This document shows positions 38,801-51,500 of a stretch of 64,000 bases of DNA, one piece after another. The position numbers and the translations under genes were made by a program. Source of the DNA: Peribolospora baueri. Taxonomy: Eukaryota. The number at the start of each line of letters is the position of its first letter. Within the stretch, counting starts at the first letter, position 1. Where the stretch lies: assembly GCA_029717555.1 (NCBI GenBank), contig JAMDHS010000027.1, forward strand, positions 1-64,000, read 5' to 3'. The notes below the pieces were generated by a model. The model was not told where the DNA came from. It did no database searches and was given only the letters and a program-made list of their open reading frames with translations.

Positions 38801-39684
38801 GGCGTGCATGTGAGATGTGGGAGCCGTCTTTCCTCGCCATCTACGTCTACCCACATCGCAAGCATCTCTCCCGCCATCACATCGGCGTTAACGTGACGAA
38901 TGATAGTATTGCCTTGGGCACGAGGAGTCGACCGCTGGGGCGGAGAGAGCTGGTCTGGGCCGCTCGCATGAACGGCCTTCTCGCTCTCCTCAACCATCCC
39001 AGCGGGGCGTGCCTGACGCGTCTCGCCGTGCTTCCTCCAACGGCCGGTGGCAATGTTCCATACCGGGTCGGGGATGGGGATGGGGATGGGCGTGGGGATG
39101 TAGTGTTTCTGAGGAGGCACGCCGATGGACAGGTCGCGGACGTGGAGAGAGTAGGACGGCGGTGGGGGCAGGGTGAGAATGGCGGCGGTGGGGGCACGGA
39201 CGTCGGGGTCGGGGTGGAGAGAGTGGATCGCGGCGAGAGGCGAGTAAGACGGCTTGCGGCTGTGATCTCTCTTCTCGTCGTCTCCGTCTTTGTCTTCGTC
39301 GTCGCCATCGTCGTCGCTGTCGTCGTCATCCTCCTCCTCCTCGTCGCCATCGCCGTGGTGCTGATCGTTGGACGAGTGAACGGCGACGGACGTTTGGTCG
39401 CCTGTGCCTGGGCCTGTGCCAGTGCGCGGAGGTGCTGTGCCTGATCCTGCCATCGATCCCGACGATCTGGCCATGTCTGGACGATCGTCGGTGTCCCCTC
39501 CACCGCCGTCGTTCATCGAACCCTTGTCCGCGGGCTCCGTTCGATCCCCAGCGGAGGAATGGGCGCTGACGAAGCTGTGCGAGGAGGCGGGGGAGGAGAT
39601 GGAAGGCCTGAAGGCGCCTAGGACCGCCTCGCCGTGCTCTTCTGAAGGGCGGGTGCGAGGGTGGCGGACGTCGAGGTCCGACAT
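32894..39684 (-). CDS. full-size ABCG transporter, (NBD-TMD)2, YOL075C-like
   Basis: Walker [10 protein letters not shown] and GPSGSGKSS; signatures [10 protein letters not shown] and [29 protein letters not shown] twice; two TMD exon blocks; stop at 32894. Confidence 0.92.
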
Positions 39685-39908
39685 GGAGAGACGAGTCTGG
39701 AGCTGGAGCTGGAGCTGACCGACGGAGGAGGAGGGGAAGGAGGTGGACGCCGACGACGAAGATGGAGGGGACTGGCTGGGCGCTGTGGTAGTTGCCGGGT
39801 CGTCCCTTGCTGGTTGCTGGTGAGGGGGAAAGCTTTCTTCTCCCTCTCTCGACGTACACGCAGTGTATATAAATTGTCTGCACCTCCTTTCGCCTCGTCC
39901 TCGGTGCC

Positions 39909-40054
39909 ATAGGAGCAGGTGACGAGGAAGCGTCGATCGAGGATGGCCCGTCGGCCCGCTCCACTGTTCGTTCGTACGGGGTCCACTACGAACGAACAGT
40001 GGAGCGGGCCGACGGGCCATCCTCGATCGACGCTTCCTCGTCACCTGCTCCTAT
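39909..40054. repeat. perfect inverted repeat: 68-bp arms, 10-nt loop
   Basis: 39909-39976 is the exact reverse complement of 39987-40054; loop cggggtccac. Confidence 0.97.
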
Positions 40055-40425
40055 CTATCCACATCTGCTTCTCCTTCTCTGCCTGTCCACGTGGATTGAT
40101 TGGGAGCCAAACAGGCGTTGGCGCCGGCGTCGGCTTGGGCGGCGGCGGCCGAGTCTAACCAGCCGCACCCATACTTCATCCGACACCGCCGCCTTTCTCT
40201 CGAGCCCCTTACCGTTTCCAGACAGCGCTTGGCCGCACGACCAAAACGTTACGGATGATGAACCGGGAGGCAGATAAAAAAGAAAACCACGACACAAAAT
40301 AAGATAAAATCTCGGCTTAGATTCGCACACCGATCTTTATACAGCAATTTCCCAAAGCTACAGCTAGCTACGCGGTAGAGAATGAACGAAAACGGACGTA
40401 ACGAGCTCCGTGGGCGATTGATTGC

Positions 40426-41578
40426 TCAGTGACTGCTGGTCTTCAGGACGTTGTTGACGACCGTCCTGCCGAGAGCGTCGTTGCCGTTGCTGTCGTTGTT
40501 GTTCGTCGTCGTCGTCGTCACCGTCGTTTCCACATTCTCGTTCCCATCGTGCGAAGAGTGGTGGTGCTCCTGCTCCCAGTTGGTCTCCTGGCGCGGGAGG
40601 ATGGGGTGGAAGCGCTGCTCCTCCATGGACGACTCGTAGCGGGGAAGAATGGGGTGGAAGCGCTGCTCCTCCATGGACGACTCGTAGCGGGGAAGAATAG
40701 GGTGGAAGCGCTGCGATTCACTGTTGATGCCGGGCGGGGTCGACGGGTCATGCTCAATCGGCTCATTGCGTTTGGATGGGGGGTTAGTGCCGAGGTTGGA
40801 CGACGGCAGCGGCTCTTGGCGCCCCTTGAAGTTGTTGTAGGTGGTGAAGTCGACCGGCCGCTCAGGACCAATGCCATGACCAGCGCCCGTAAGCGCACTG
40901 AAGTCGCGTCGCATATGGGAATCATAGTCGAATTGGGCCGGGTTAAAACCCTGGTTCTCCATCATGGGCGTACCGATATGAAGCCTGTTACCGTCGTTGG
41001 GCACAACTTGTCGCGCTTCGACATATCGGCCCGGGTTAAGATCCTGGTTCTTCATCATGGGCGTACCGATATGAAGCCTGTTACCGTCGTTGGGCACAAC
41101 TTGTCGCGCTTCGACATATTGGTCCGGGTTATGACCCTGGTTCTCCATCATGGGCGTACCGATATGAAGCCTGTTACCGTCGTTGGGCACAACTTGTCGC
41201 GCTCCGACATATTGGCCCGGGTTAAGATTCTGGTTCTCCATCATGGGTGTACCGATATGAAGCCTGTTACCGTCGTTGGGCACAACTTGTCGCGCTTCGA
41301 CATCACGATTCTCGGTGTTCATCCTATGCGCCTCCATGGGCGTATCCACGACCAACCCGACATGAGGTCTGGGGTCGCCAAAGGACTGGCCCGACGGGTC
41401 TGAGTCAATTGGACAAAAAGCGGTGCAAGTTTCAGTGAGACGGGTCGACAGGGATAGACTAGACGACGCTACGAACGACCCGTTGAGACTCACTGGCATC
41501 GGTAGAGGGGATGGGAGCGGCCGACGCGGCAGAAGCGAGGACGAGGGAGAGACAGGCGAAGAATGCGACGGACTTCAT
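40426..41578 (-). CDS. secreted tandem-repeat peptide precursor (KEP-like)
   Basis: Exon 41578-41494 (signal peptide MKSVAFFACLSLVLASAASA), intron 41493-41400, exon 41399-40426. Contains 4x 31-aa repeats (V[E/G]AR|QVVPNDGNRLHIGTPMM..) and 3x QRFHPILPR. Confidence 0.88.
40592..40713 (-). repeat. coding tandem repeat, 48 nt x about 2.5
   Basis: YESSMEEQRFHPILPR units. Confidence 0.9.
40930..41301 (-). repeat. coding tandem repeat, 93 nt x 4
   Basis: cgcgct(t/c)cgac recurs at 41012, 41105, 41198 and 41291. Confidence 0.95.
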
Positions 41579-42440
41579 GATAGCGACGGGTGTGTTGTTG
41601 AGATGGAAAGGCGTGTGTGCGAATCGTATACCGAGAAGAAAAAGCGTAGATCGTCCACGTGGTCGCACCGGGCGCTGTGGAGAAGACGAAGGCAAGGAGG
41701 TTTAGAGAAGATAAAAGAAACTAGGCGCCAGGCCTGGAAGAAGAAAGAAACGTGGTGGTGGTGGTGATAGTCGGGAGAGAGGTGAGGACGAACCGAGGAC
41801 AGGTCATATATACCAACACCGACGGATGGAACACGGTCGGTCGGGCGGAAACGTCCGCCGGGGCGGGCGACACCGTGTTGGTTGCTCATCGACGGCGCAC
41901 ACTGTCGGTGGGCGCCCGTTCCACATTCGACCGCAGAGGCGCCACCGCGTATGGGTGAGCGCAAGAATAGACCTCAGCGGCGGAAAGATCCGAGCAGCCA
42001 AACGTCGGTGAAGATCATGGTGGAGATGTGAGGCGCAAGTAAGCGCATGGCGTCTGACGGAATCCACTTGAGTCTGTTGCAGGCTCGCCGAACTCTCCGT
42101 TGCGTTCCAGCGCGCTAGACGGTTAGATCAGACGCCGACGACGGTCCGTAGGCGCGGAAAGGAATGGGCAGGGTGCGCTGATGGTCAGCCGAAGAAACGC
42201 ACCGCCACAAGGAGAGTGAGCTGACCGGACCTTCTTTCGCTCTGCTCTGTCCGGAGTTGCACAGTTGAATTGCGTCAGCTCAATCGACATGAAGGGTTTA
42301 TACAGCCTGCTTAAAGAAAAGGGCCGGCTGGAACGAGTCGAGTCCGATTCGGCGTCGCGCCGGCGGTGCAAGTGCGGAAGCAACTCGACCCCGCCCAATC
42401 ATCCGTTCATCGCCGGCGTCGGCCGCACTGCGGGCGGGGC

Positions 42441-42491
42441 GAAGGGGGAAAGGGGAAGGGGAAGGGGAAGGGGAAGGGGAAGGGGAAGGGG
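42441..42491. repeat. (GGGGAA)n purine tract, G-quadruplex-capable
   Basis: about 8 G4 runs separated by AA. Confidence 0.85.
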
Positions 42492-43014
42492 ATGCACACT
42501 GGGCGAGCGCCGACCTAGTCCTCTGCCTCGTTCAGCATTTCCTCAGCCTTATCCAGCCTTACGCTTGTAAGATTGGTAACACGGTCGAGTCCGGCTCGCA
42601 CCTCGCCCGACTCGTTCGGAAACCTTACTGACGGACGACGCGCCGTTGACCTCCGTCGAGATATGACCGCGCGCCCATTCGACGGAGGCCAGGGACAGCG
42701 TTGGGGGATCTGAGCGCACGCTCGCACACGGTGGCCATGGGCGCAGGACGGAAAAAGGTCCACGTCTGTACGGCACGGCGGAAAACGACCGGCTGAATAT
42801 TCATGTCGACGGTCTACAGCAAATTGTGTACAACGGAGCAGAAAGCGAAAGGGAAAGGAATACCAGAGAAGGACAGGGAACGGTACGAGCGACACGATAG
42901 ATTATAGGTACATCTCTCCTGCACTGTAGTAGAATAATCCAGCCGCTCGATCGGGCCAGATGAAGGACGGTATGAGAAGGAACGCCACGCGACGTTATCG
43001 AGGTCTGCCGCCGC

Positions 43015-45463
43015 TTAGTCCTCCCCCTCGCCGGTATCGCTAGCACTCCTGACGGCCCACTCCTCCGCTCCTCGTCCCCTTTCCGTGACGGCCCACTCCT
43101 CCGCTCCTCGTCCCCTTTCCGTGACGTCCTCCCCGCGGTCAGGCCACCTCGCGCCCGCCCTCCTCAGCGTGCCCACGAGTGCTTTCTGTTCTTCTGTACC
43201 GTTCCGCTCCAGACCTCCCAAGTACGCTCCCAACGCCGTGAACGAGGCGAGGCGGGTGCGCAAGAGGTGCCGGACCAGGCGGCGCGAGGACGGGCCTCTG
43301 GTCGTGGCGGGTGGCGTGGCATTGGCGGCCGTAAAGGCGTCGGAGACCGACACGTCTTCCGTCACGGCGCGCGAAGAGGTCGGCCGGCAAGCGAGCGAGT
43401 CGCTCGCAGACGGCGTTGCCGTGCTCGTGGCCGTCGGCGATTTTCTTCCTGCTCCGACCGAGTCCGACATGGCGCTGCCTTTGCGGCCAGGCTTCTCGGC
43501 CTTGCGGATGGTGTGCTTGATCGCGGCGCCCTCCTTGAGAGCGTCGACCGCATAGCTCGCCGCAGCCAGGTCGAGGTCCCATCGCTTGGGAAGCCACACA
43601 CCCAGGAGAACCCTCCAAGCCGCCACGAGCGTCTTCCAAGCGTCGTAGTTGCGGTCGACCATGCTCACGTGGTATACTGCGAAGCCCCACACGACCGCTA
43701 GGGCAAAGAGGAAGCCGACAGGCGTGAGAAGGAGGAAGGCCCAAAGGCAGAAAAAGAGGATGGGGTAGATGAGCAGGGTGAAAATGAGACCGAGGAAAAT
43801 CTTGCTCTGTGCCATGCTTTCCTCTTCATCTTGGACGGCCCGCTCGGCCCTCTTGGCAATGAGGTAAGTTGGGATATGGATGATGAGGGGCAGGAAGAAG
43901 AATGGGAGTTGGACAAGACAGACCAGCGTGTCGCTGAGCAAGGCCGCAAGTGTGGACAGACGCGAGGGCAGAGGAACAGGCGCAGAGGGATCGAGCGTTT
44001 TCGGAAGGGGCAAAGAGGAGATAGCAGAGTTGGTCAGGTTGGTCGTCAGGAGCAGCGCTTGGTAGGTCAATAGGAGGTGCTTGAGGTCTGAAGCCTCCGC
44101 GTCTGCTGGCGCGGCCATCGAAAAGACGTCGATGAGACTGTGAAAAAGGGACAAAGTGCAAAAAGAATTCAAAAAGAGTAAACGGACTGAAGAACTGCGC
44201 AGTAAGAAGAAAGAACCACTCACGCCTGCGAGACCTCGACGAAGTGCTCCAGCGGCACAGCTTGCTCGCGTTCCCAAAGCAACTCCCTCGCCATTTTCGC
44301 GGCATGAAGCGTGGGCCAGTCTTCAGCATTAACGGTGAGCTTCACCAGTGCGTCCTGAATGTCGGCCGTGAGCCTTCTGACCGCCCTCTTCGCCGGCTCC
44401 TCCTCTTGTCCAGATGCAGAGAGGAATTCGTCAAGGTAGGGCTTGACGGATATCGGCGTCCCAAATCTGTCAACGATAGTAATGACAGTGTGCGGAGAAG
44501 AAAAAAAGCAATTAACAAGCAGGCACGAGAACCTGGGAGCTGGACGCGTGCGAGACCGGACGGCCCAGCTCACTGCATTACGGTCCGACTCCTGTACTTG
44601 CTCTTGTTCTCGTAGACGATCCCCGTTGGTAGCACCACTGCTTCCCTTTCTCCAGCGGGGATCGCCGCGCGTTCTTCAGGAGAGAGGTTGTGAACGTGCT
44701 TGGCGTACTCGAGAACGGCCCACGCAAGGCCAGTCTTGATCGTCGTTATGCGCGGTTCAGTGTAGGACGTGCCTGCGGAAAGCCGGTGGGGGAGCGTATA
44801 CGTCGAGCAACACTGAGCAGGAATTCTCACGTCCAGTTTTTCCCAAGGGGTGTACTCACCCTCAGGAAAGATGGCCACGGCCTCTCCCTTCTCCATGACC
44901 TCGAAGGTTGTCTTGAAGAGCTCGGCATTGTTCTTCGTCTTCCTGTCCACGGGGATATTGCCGGCATCCAGAAGGATGGACCGAGCTATACTATTTGAAA
45001 AAAGTTCTTGTTTGGCCCAGTAGTGCAGCGGGCGGCCGTGGGGAAAGAAGCAGGCTGCGAGGACGATAGGAGAAGAGTGGATGAGGGCGTGAATCCAGCC
45101 AGCATGTCTCGAACGTCTTGCTTTTCGACTCACATAGGACAGCCGGGTCAACCACCTGGTTATGATGGGAGCAAGCACTGAAAGTGGAGAATCGAAAGAT
45201 GAAGACGAAAGGAACGGGTCCCAAATTAGTGGGCTCAACTCTGGAAGCGGGTCTGGCTCTAAAAGCCACCGACTCTCCATCAGGAAGTAATGCGCCCGTG
45301 CGATGAATTAGAAAGCTACAGACTGCTAACGCAGCGCTCACACAACCACCACGCCATTCTCGGGCACGTTCTCCTCGCCGAGCACCTCGATCTCCCTGAA
45401 CCAGCCGTACAACGTCCACTTGGCGAGCTTGCGCAAGAAAAAATGAATCTGTCCGAACGGCAT
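43015..45463 (-). CDS. glycerol-3-phosphate/DHAP acyltransferase (Gpt2/Sct1-like)
   Basis: FREIEVLGEENVP, LHYWAK..LF, GNIPVDR, IFPEGTSY, IKTGLAW, PTGIVY..KSKYRS, NAEDWPTL; two C-terminal TM segments. Confidence 0.88.
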
Positions 45464-45951
45464 GGCGGAGGCGCGGAGCCGGGGGTGATCGGGAGACGTT
45501 CAATAAGCGTGTAGAACGCTGCCACAGTTTCCTATTTGGCCGACGTGCCTGTGCCTGCCGGCGGTGCAGGAGACGGGTGGGGGGAAGATGGAAGAGGGGT
45601 AGATGCGTGCGAATCCATGTCGGACAAAGGATGATGGCTACGAGGAAGCAGCTCTTGCCGCAGCAGCGATTGCGGGGTACGGACGGCTGCGGCTCATTTG
45701 ATTGTGTCGACCGACAACCGCACTTGCTCGTGACAAGACGACCGACGATTGACGACGCTCCTTCTTGACCGACCTCAAGCCCAGTTGGCGACTGTACGCG
45801 TCCGAAGAGCTTCAGCCTCCTTTTTTGCCGACACCACTTGCCCGTTGCTTGACGAGGCGATACTCTGGGCCGGCGCAGGGGCGCGCCGAGAAGAACCTCA
45901 TTCCTTCCGTTCTCCGAGCGACCCCAAGCCCCGCCCGTCCACCTCGCTGAG

Positions 45952-48033
45952 ATGGGCGACGAGGGGATGAAGGGATGGAAAGCCAAGTTTGAGAATGCCG
46001 TGCAGGCCTTTCAAGACGGCCACCATCGCCGCGCCCTCAAGCTTATTGACGAAGTGCGTTGCCTTATTTCGCTGTCACCAGGCGGTACGGCTTCTCAGCG
46101 CTTACCGTGCAATTTCACTTACCGGTTTCGTCCGGCCACATAAACCCTCTCCCACCCGTAGGTGCTTTCGTTGGGTGGGTCTAATAGCCCTACTGTGCAC
46201 GACTCAAGGGCCGCGGTGCTGGAGAAGCTTGGAGAGTACCGACACGCGCTGGTCAGCGCCAAGAGGGTCATCAAGCTCTCTCCTCAGTCGGCAAGGGTGC
46301 GTGTCTCTTCTTTCAGCTAGTATGCTTTGTTCCCGAGTTTCAAGCTTATGGATGTGCGTTTGTTTCCCTTGCGAATCACTCCGAAAATGAAGGGATATCT
46401 CCGTTCAGCCAAGATCTTTGCCGCATTATCCCAGTACGACAAAGCCCTTGATTGCTACAAAATCGCAATGGAGCGTTGTAAAGACGACGCCGAGGTAAGA
46501 GAGAGCATCTCTGAGAGGAGAAAGGCGCTTGAAGCGGAACGAGATGAGTATGAGCAAGGGCAAAGGCGCGCTGGCACGTCTTTCATCGGCTTGCTCCCTG
46601 TCGACGTCTTCCTCGAGATAGTCGTCCGCCTCGACTCACGCTCTCTCCTCGCGGTGATGGCTGTCTCTCGGCGCTGGCATGACACTGTCGTGCACGCTCC
46701 TCGGGTGTGGCAGCGTCTTGAATTGGCGCATGTTATCCCCGTCCGACACCTGAAGCGCGCTGTCAGGCTAATCGCCGAGTGGGCGAGCCGGTCCAACGAT
46801 CAGCTCCACACACTCAGCCTCGACTTCGAAGCATTCCACTCCACTCAGTCCGTCGAGTCGCAGTTCTTAGAGATCGACAAGGTCATTCGCAGGTGCTCTG
46901 CCACTTTGCGTACTATCGAGCTCTCGGCTCCAGACGTCGTTGCCAGTCGTCTCTTCTCCACAGCCCTGTCACGGTGCTCCAACTTGCGACAGCTCAACTT
47001 GCGTTCCTTCGGCCTCCCCTCTTCCGCGTCTGGAATCGAGAACTCGGATAACTGCCGATCCTGGTCCTCCATCGTCCCTCTCGAAGCACTCACCCTTATC
47101 GGCGGCAACTTCTTCTCCTTCGTCCATGCCGACCGTCTTCCCCGCGGCCTGAGGCACTTCGAGCTCAGGGACGTCGAAGGTCCTCATGCTTTGCGCATTT
47201 TCACTGTACTGCGACGGAGCGCGGCAACCCTGCACACACTCATCCTGAACAACGTTCGGTGCGGCCACGGCACTTACACGTCTCCGGATCCTGACGATGA
47301 TGACAAGGAGGATAGGCACCTGTCGGCGCTCAAAAAGTTGGACATTCGCGAGAGCGATCAATCGACTCACCAGATCCTAGGGCGCTTCTTTATCCAAGGC
47401 CTACACGAGCTGTTCCTCTCCACGGCGACCAACTCTACGCTGCGAACGTTTGCGCGGACAGGGCATGGAAAGATGAGGAGGCTAGAAGTGGACGAGACGT
47501 GGTTCGTCGACGAGGAGGTGCTCGTCAACGAGTGCTTTCCTCAATGGCCGCGCTTGGAGAAGCTTGCCCTCCGTGCGGGAAGCGTCTCAAATGTGCTGGT
47601 CGAGAAGCTCCAGCAACCATATCATCGCGACGAGGTTTCCCTTTCCAAGGACTCTTCCGCTCCCGACATGGCGCTTGTCGACGAACCACCGGAGCGGACA
47701 TCCCAGCACGGTTCGACTGATCCCCTCCTACCCCGTTTGCGCTGCCTGGACTTGTCAGACAACGTGAAGATCACTGGCGGTCCGTTGCTCCGCCTCGTGG
47801 ATTTCCGAAGGCGTCTTGCCGCCGAAACTTCGGTGGAATCTTCGTCGGACGACGGCGGTCGTCGGGTCAGGCCGCAGCAGTACGTCGGCATCGAAGAGCT
47901 CGTCCTCGACGGGTGCGAACAAGTAGACGCCGAGGCCATACGCTGGCTTCGCGGCGCAGTTCCCAAGGTGCGGTGGGTGCCTTCAGATCGGAACCGAAGG
48001 GGGAGAGGTGGTAGGCTTCTCAGAGTGGACTAG
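45952..48033 (+). CDS. TPR + F-box + LRR protein (Pof3/Dia2-like SCF substrate adaptor)
   Basis: N-terminal TPR exons (GYLRSAKIF..YDKALDCY), F-box LLPVDVFLEIV..VSRRW, LRR-like LRCLDLS and IEELVLDGC. Confidence 0.8.
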
Positions 48034-48570
48034 GTTGAGTGAGCTTGGACTGGGGTCTGTTGCCGTTTGTTTTTGAGGATCTGGTGGAATACGTTAATTG
48101 TACCCCCAGCGGCTCCAAGGCCGCAGCTGGCGCCGGTCGTCATTTGCTGTCCTTTTCTTTTGCTACCTTCCTCATTGCAACTCCTAAGCGTTGCTCTGTA
48201 ATCGTGTATATCCGTAGCCGCGTTCGTGTATCATCCCACCGACCATCATATATTCAATAGATCGCTTAGGATCACGCTGAATTGACAGCTGTGGGATCGC
48301 TCAGCGCAATAGGGGTTAGGGGCTGTCCAGACCGTGATTGTGTCATCTTGTTAAAAACGCATGTGGTGTCGATTGAGAAGGGGGGGAGAGGGTGATCCAC
48401 CTCCTACGTGAAGTGGTTTAGACGACCACAATTCATGTGCCTGCTTCTCGTTCTGGTTTAAGTCCGTGCAATGCAAGAGAGATAGTGATACAGGAACGGG
48501 TGGAGTAGGGGGCACAAAGACGAAAATACAAATTACAACCAAGCCTATCAATAGCTGGATAGTTACCCCA

Positions 48571-51500
48571 TCACCACTCCAACGATTCCGACCCGGAACT
48601 CGGCTCGGCATCCCATTCCTTCAAAGCAGCCGCTTCCCTGCACGGCATCAATGCCATCACGGTCGTTTCCTGTGCTCTCGCTCTCTCCATCTCCCTATCC
48701 GCCTTCACACGTTCGTACAGAATTGGGCAATCGAGCGACTCGCAAGGCACATCCGGAGCCTGGGCAGGGCCGCCGGCCGGAGAGGCACACGAAGCGCACA
48801 CACGCTGCACAACGCTCCTACGGCGTGTGGAGAGGTTCACGCGAGATTGGACAGCGTGTGTCGTTTGTGTCGGATGGGCGAGGCAATCGATGCAGACGGC
48901 TGAGGGGAAAAAAATAGGTAAGGGTTGCGAGGAGAAAACCACGAAGTCAGAGGCTACACAGCTCGCGAAAGAATATTAAAGGCGCTTACCCTTGTCAGCT
49001 GGTCGTCCACATACGGTGCAGTGATTGCTCTTGAAGTGTTGGTCAAGAGTGAGTTTCACGGCCTTTCCTTTCGTACTTGCTTTACGGTTGCCATTTCCTT
49101 CTGCATTCTGCAGCATCCCGTCAACGTGGCTCTCAACATGTTTGGGTCGTGGCATGACCTCATACCACGATAGAACATCAACGCCCATGAGGTTGAAGAC
49201 GCGCGCCAATGGTGGAATGAGGACACGCTCGATGTAGTATTTCGCGTTGATGCGCATAGTCCTGGCACCGGCATGCAGGGATAGGTGAGGAGAAGGTGGG
49301 GATGATATCTATAGAGAGGAAAGAACACACTCACGGGTCGTTCAAGAATGCCTCTGGAGGCACGGCTTGGTCGTTGAGCAGAGCACCGGGTTCGCCTTGC
49401 GAGATGATGTACGGCACTCGCTCGGCATATTGCGGCTCAGCACGCGGGTCCCTCGCCATCTTGAGGGCACTAATGAGTGCACCGGGAGGCGGTGGAATTT
49501 TGTCGCTGAAGAAACGAAGACCGTTCCACATGGTCAATCACAAGAAGGTTCAACCCTGATCGCTTGCAGAGTGCTCACCTGTACGTGCCCAGTCGCACCT
49601 CCTTCGCGAAGATGAAGTCCTGAGGCGATACCTGTCCCTTCAAGATTTTGGTCCACTGCCTCTGGCAATAGTCTTTGACTTGAGATAGATCCGACGTACG
49701 AAAGAGGATTCTATGCGACAAGGGTAAAGACAGTCAGCGCCCTCCTACGAAGCTACGAGATCTGATATCACATGAAACTCACTTGCAACACGTCTCGACC
49801 ATCTTCGATTGCGCAGGCACGCCATCTCGACGGACAGTCTCAATGCCCTTCGCATCGAAAACTGGCTCCTTCTCGCTCGAACTCTCAAATTTGAAGCCCA
49901 CGTAGCGTTTCTTAGCTACCAGTACGCTTGGCAGGTAGACTTTTTCAAATTTGAGTTTGACTGGCTGAGGATTATTGGCGGTGATAGTGTCGGCGATCTC
50001 GTTTCCAATGACGAAGGCGTCATCCTTGGTGCGACCAGGAAGGTAGATGAACAGACTGTCGGTGTCACCGTAGACGACCTCGGCCTGCCATCGGCGAGTG
50101 GCGTGAATGACCTCGATCGCCCTCTCCAGTGTCTCCCGACCGTACTGAACAATGGAGTCAGCGATTTCGACGGCTGGCATGCGCCCCGATAATGTGGCGC
50201 TGGTATAGCCGTAGATGACGTTGGCGAGCAGCTTCAGAGACAACTGTCGAGCGTTCAAAAGCCTTTTCAGGGTCTGCCCAACGACATCGCCTGTTAGCCA
50301 ACACCTGTAACGGAGGCACGCACTAGCTCGAGAAACGACGCCCACTACAGGAGCGACGCTGAGACTCACCTTGTCGCTCTTTACATCTTTCATCGCGTTT
50401 TTGACCATGACCCGCGTATCCAAGATCTCTCGGAGCATCTTACTCAAAAGACTCTTGCGCAAGTGGGGCTTGACGTACATGATTCCGTTCGGAGAGACTG
50501 TGCAAAATGCAAGGATCACGAAGACTCATTGAACCTGATCATGATGGTCCTGGCGCGTGGCCGATTCATGCGGGCTTAACTCACTATTCAAGTGATCCTT
50601 TAAAAGAGTGAGGAGCCCGTCGGGCAAATGCAGCTCCGAGACGCCAAATTTCCAAGTTCCTTTAAACATGTCGACACGACCGAGACATGTGGAGTAGCTG
50701 CAAAGCGAGAACGTAAGCGTGTGAGCGAGATGGCGAGGCACTGCCCAAGAAAAAGTAAACACTTCGGCTTACCAAATGTTATAGGCAATCATGATGGATG
50801 GATAGAGGCTCTGAAAATCTAGCACCAAGAGTGGCCCCTTATAGTAAGCAGATTGTGGTTCCATCACGAGCGCCAGACACTCGGCGGCGTTCTGGCTGCC
50901 AACCTGTTTCCGGTTGGGACTGATCAAGACGAAGCTTTCAGGTTTTGAGATCCGGAGCATGACAGACTCGACCTTGAACTGTGAGCCGCGACTTATGACT
51001 GAGAAGAAATCGACACCATAGACGCGAGCAAACTCGGCCGTCCTGAGGACCACCTCGGACTCGTCGAGCATCTCGGCGTCCATTTCAGCACGGTCGAGGT
51101 AGTAAGTAATAACGCGGGCGACCTGTCCGGGTATCTTGCTTGTGTACCATGATGTGAGGGTGCGCGCGGAAAAGCGTGGGACTCTAAAAGAGATCGAGGA
51201 ATGGGATCACATCAGCAAGAGCCGAGCGCTCCGTGGAAGCAGGCTTACTGACCGTTGATGCAAAAGATGGAATACCAAGTTCTCGAAGGTGTACTGGGTA
51301 AGGTTGATGTCGTTCTTCATCAATCGCCAGATGTTGAGCATGTGTCGACCCGTCACCTTGATAGCAGACGTCTGGGTATAGCCCCAGTTATCCGCCTTGC
51401 CGCGCGCTCCGCCCGTAGACTGGACGATTACCCGCCCGAGCTCGGCGGTGAGGTCAAACTCTATCATTTTATGAGATTGGCAAATTGTCAGGACATCCTC

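Noticed and set aside
39919..40158. ORFs on both strands starting with the same peptide (MTRKRRSR.., MERADGPS..)
   Set aside because: A consequence of the perfect inverted repeat, not duplicated genes
40930..41301. Regularly spaced repeats resembling a CRISPR array
   Set aside because: Contiguous 93-nt in-frame coding units with no unique spacers and no cas genes; eukaryotic context
40429..41403. 324-aa plus-strand repeat ORF
   Set aside because: Antisense shadow of the repeat precursor; the minus strand has the signal peptide, intron and processing sites
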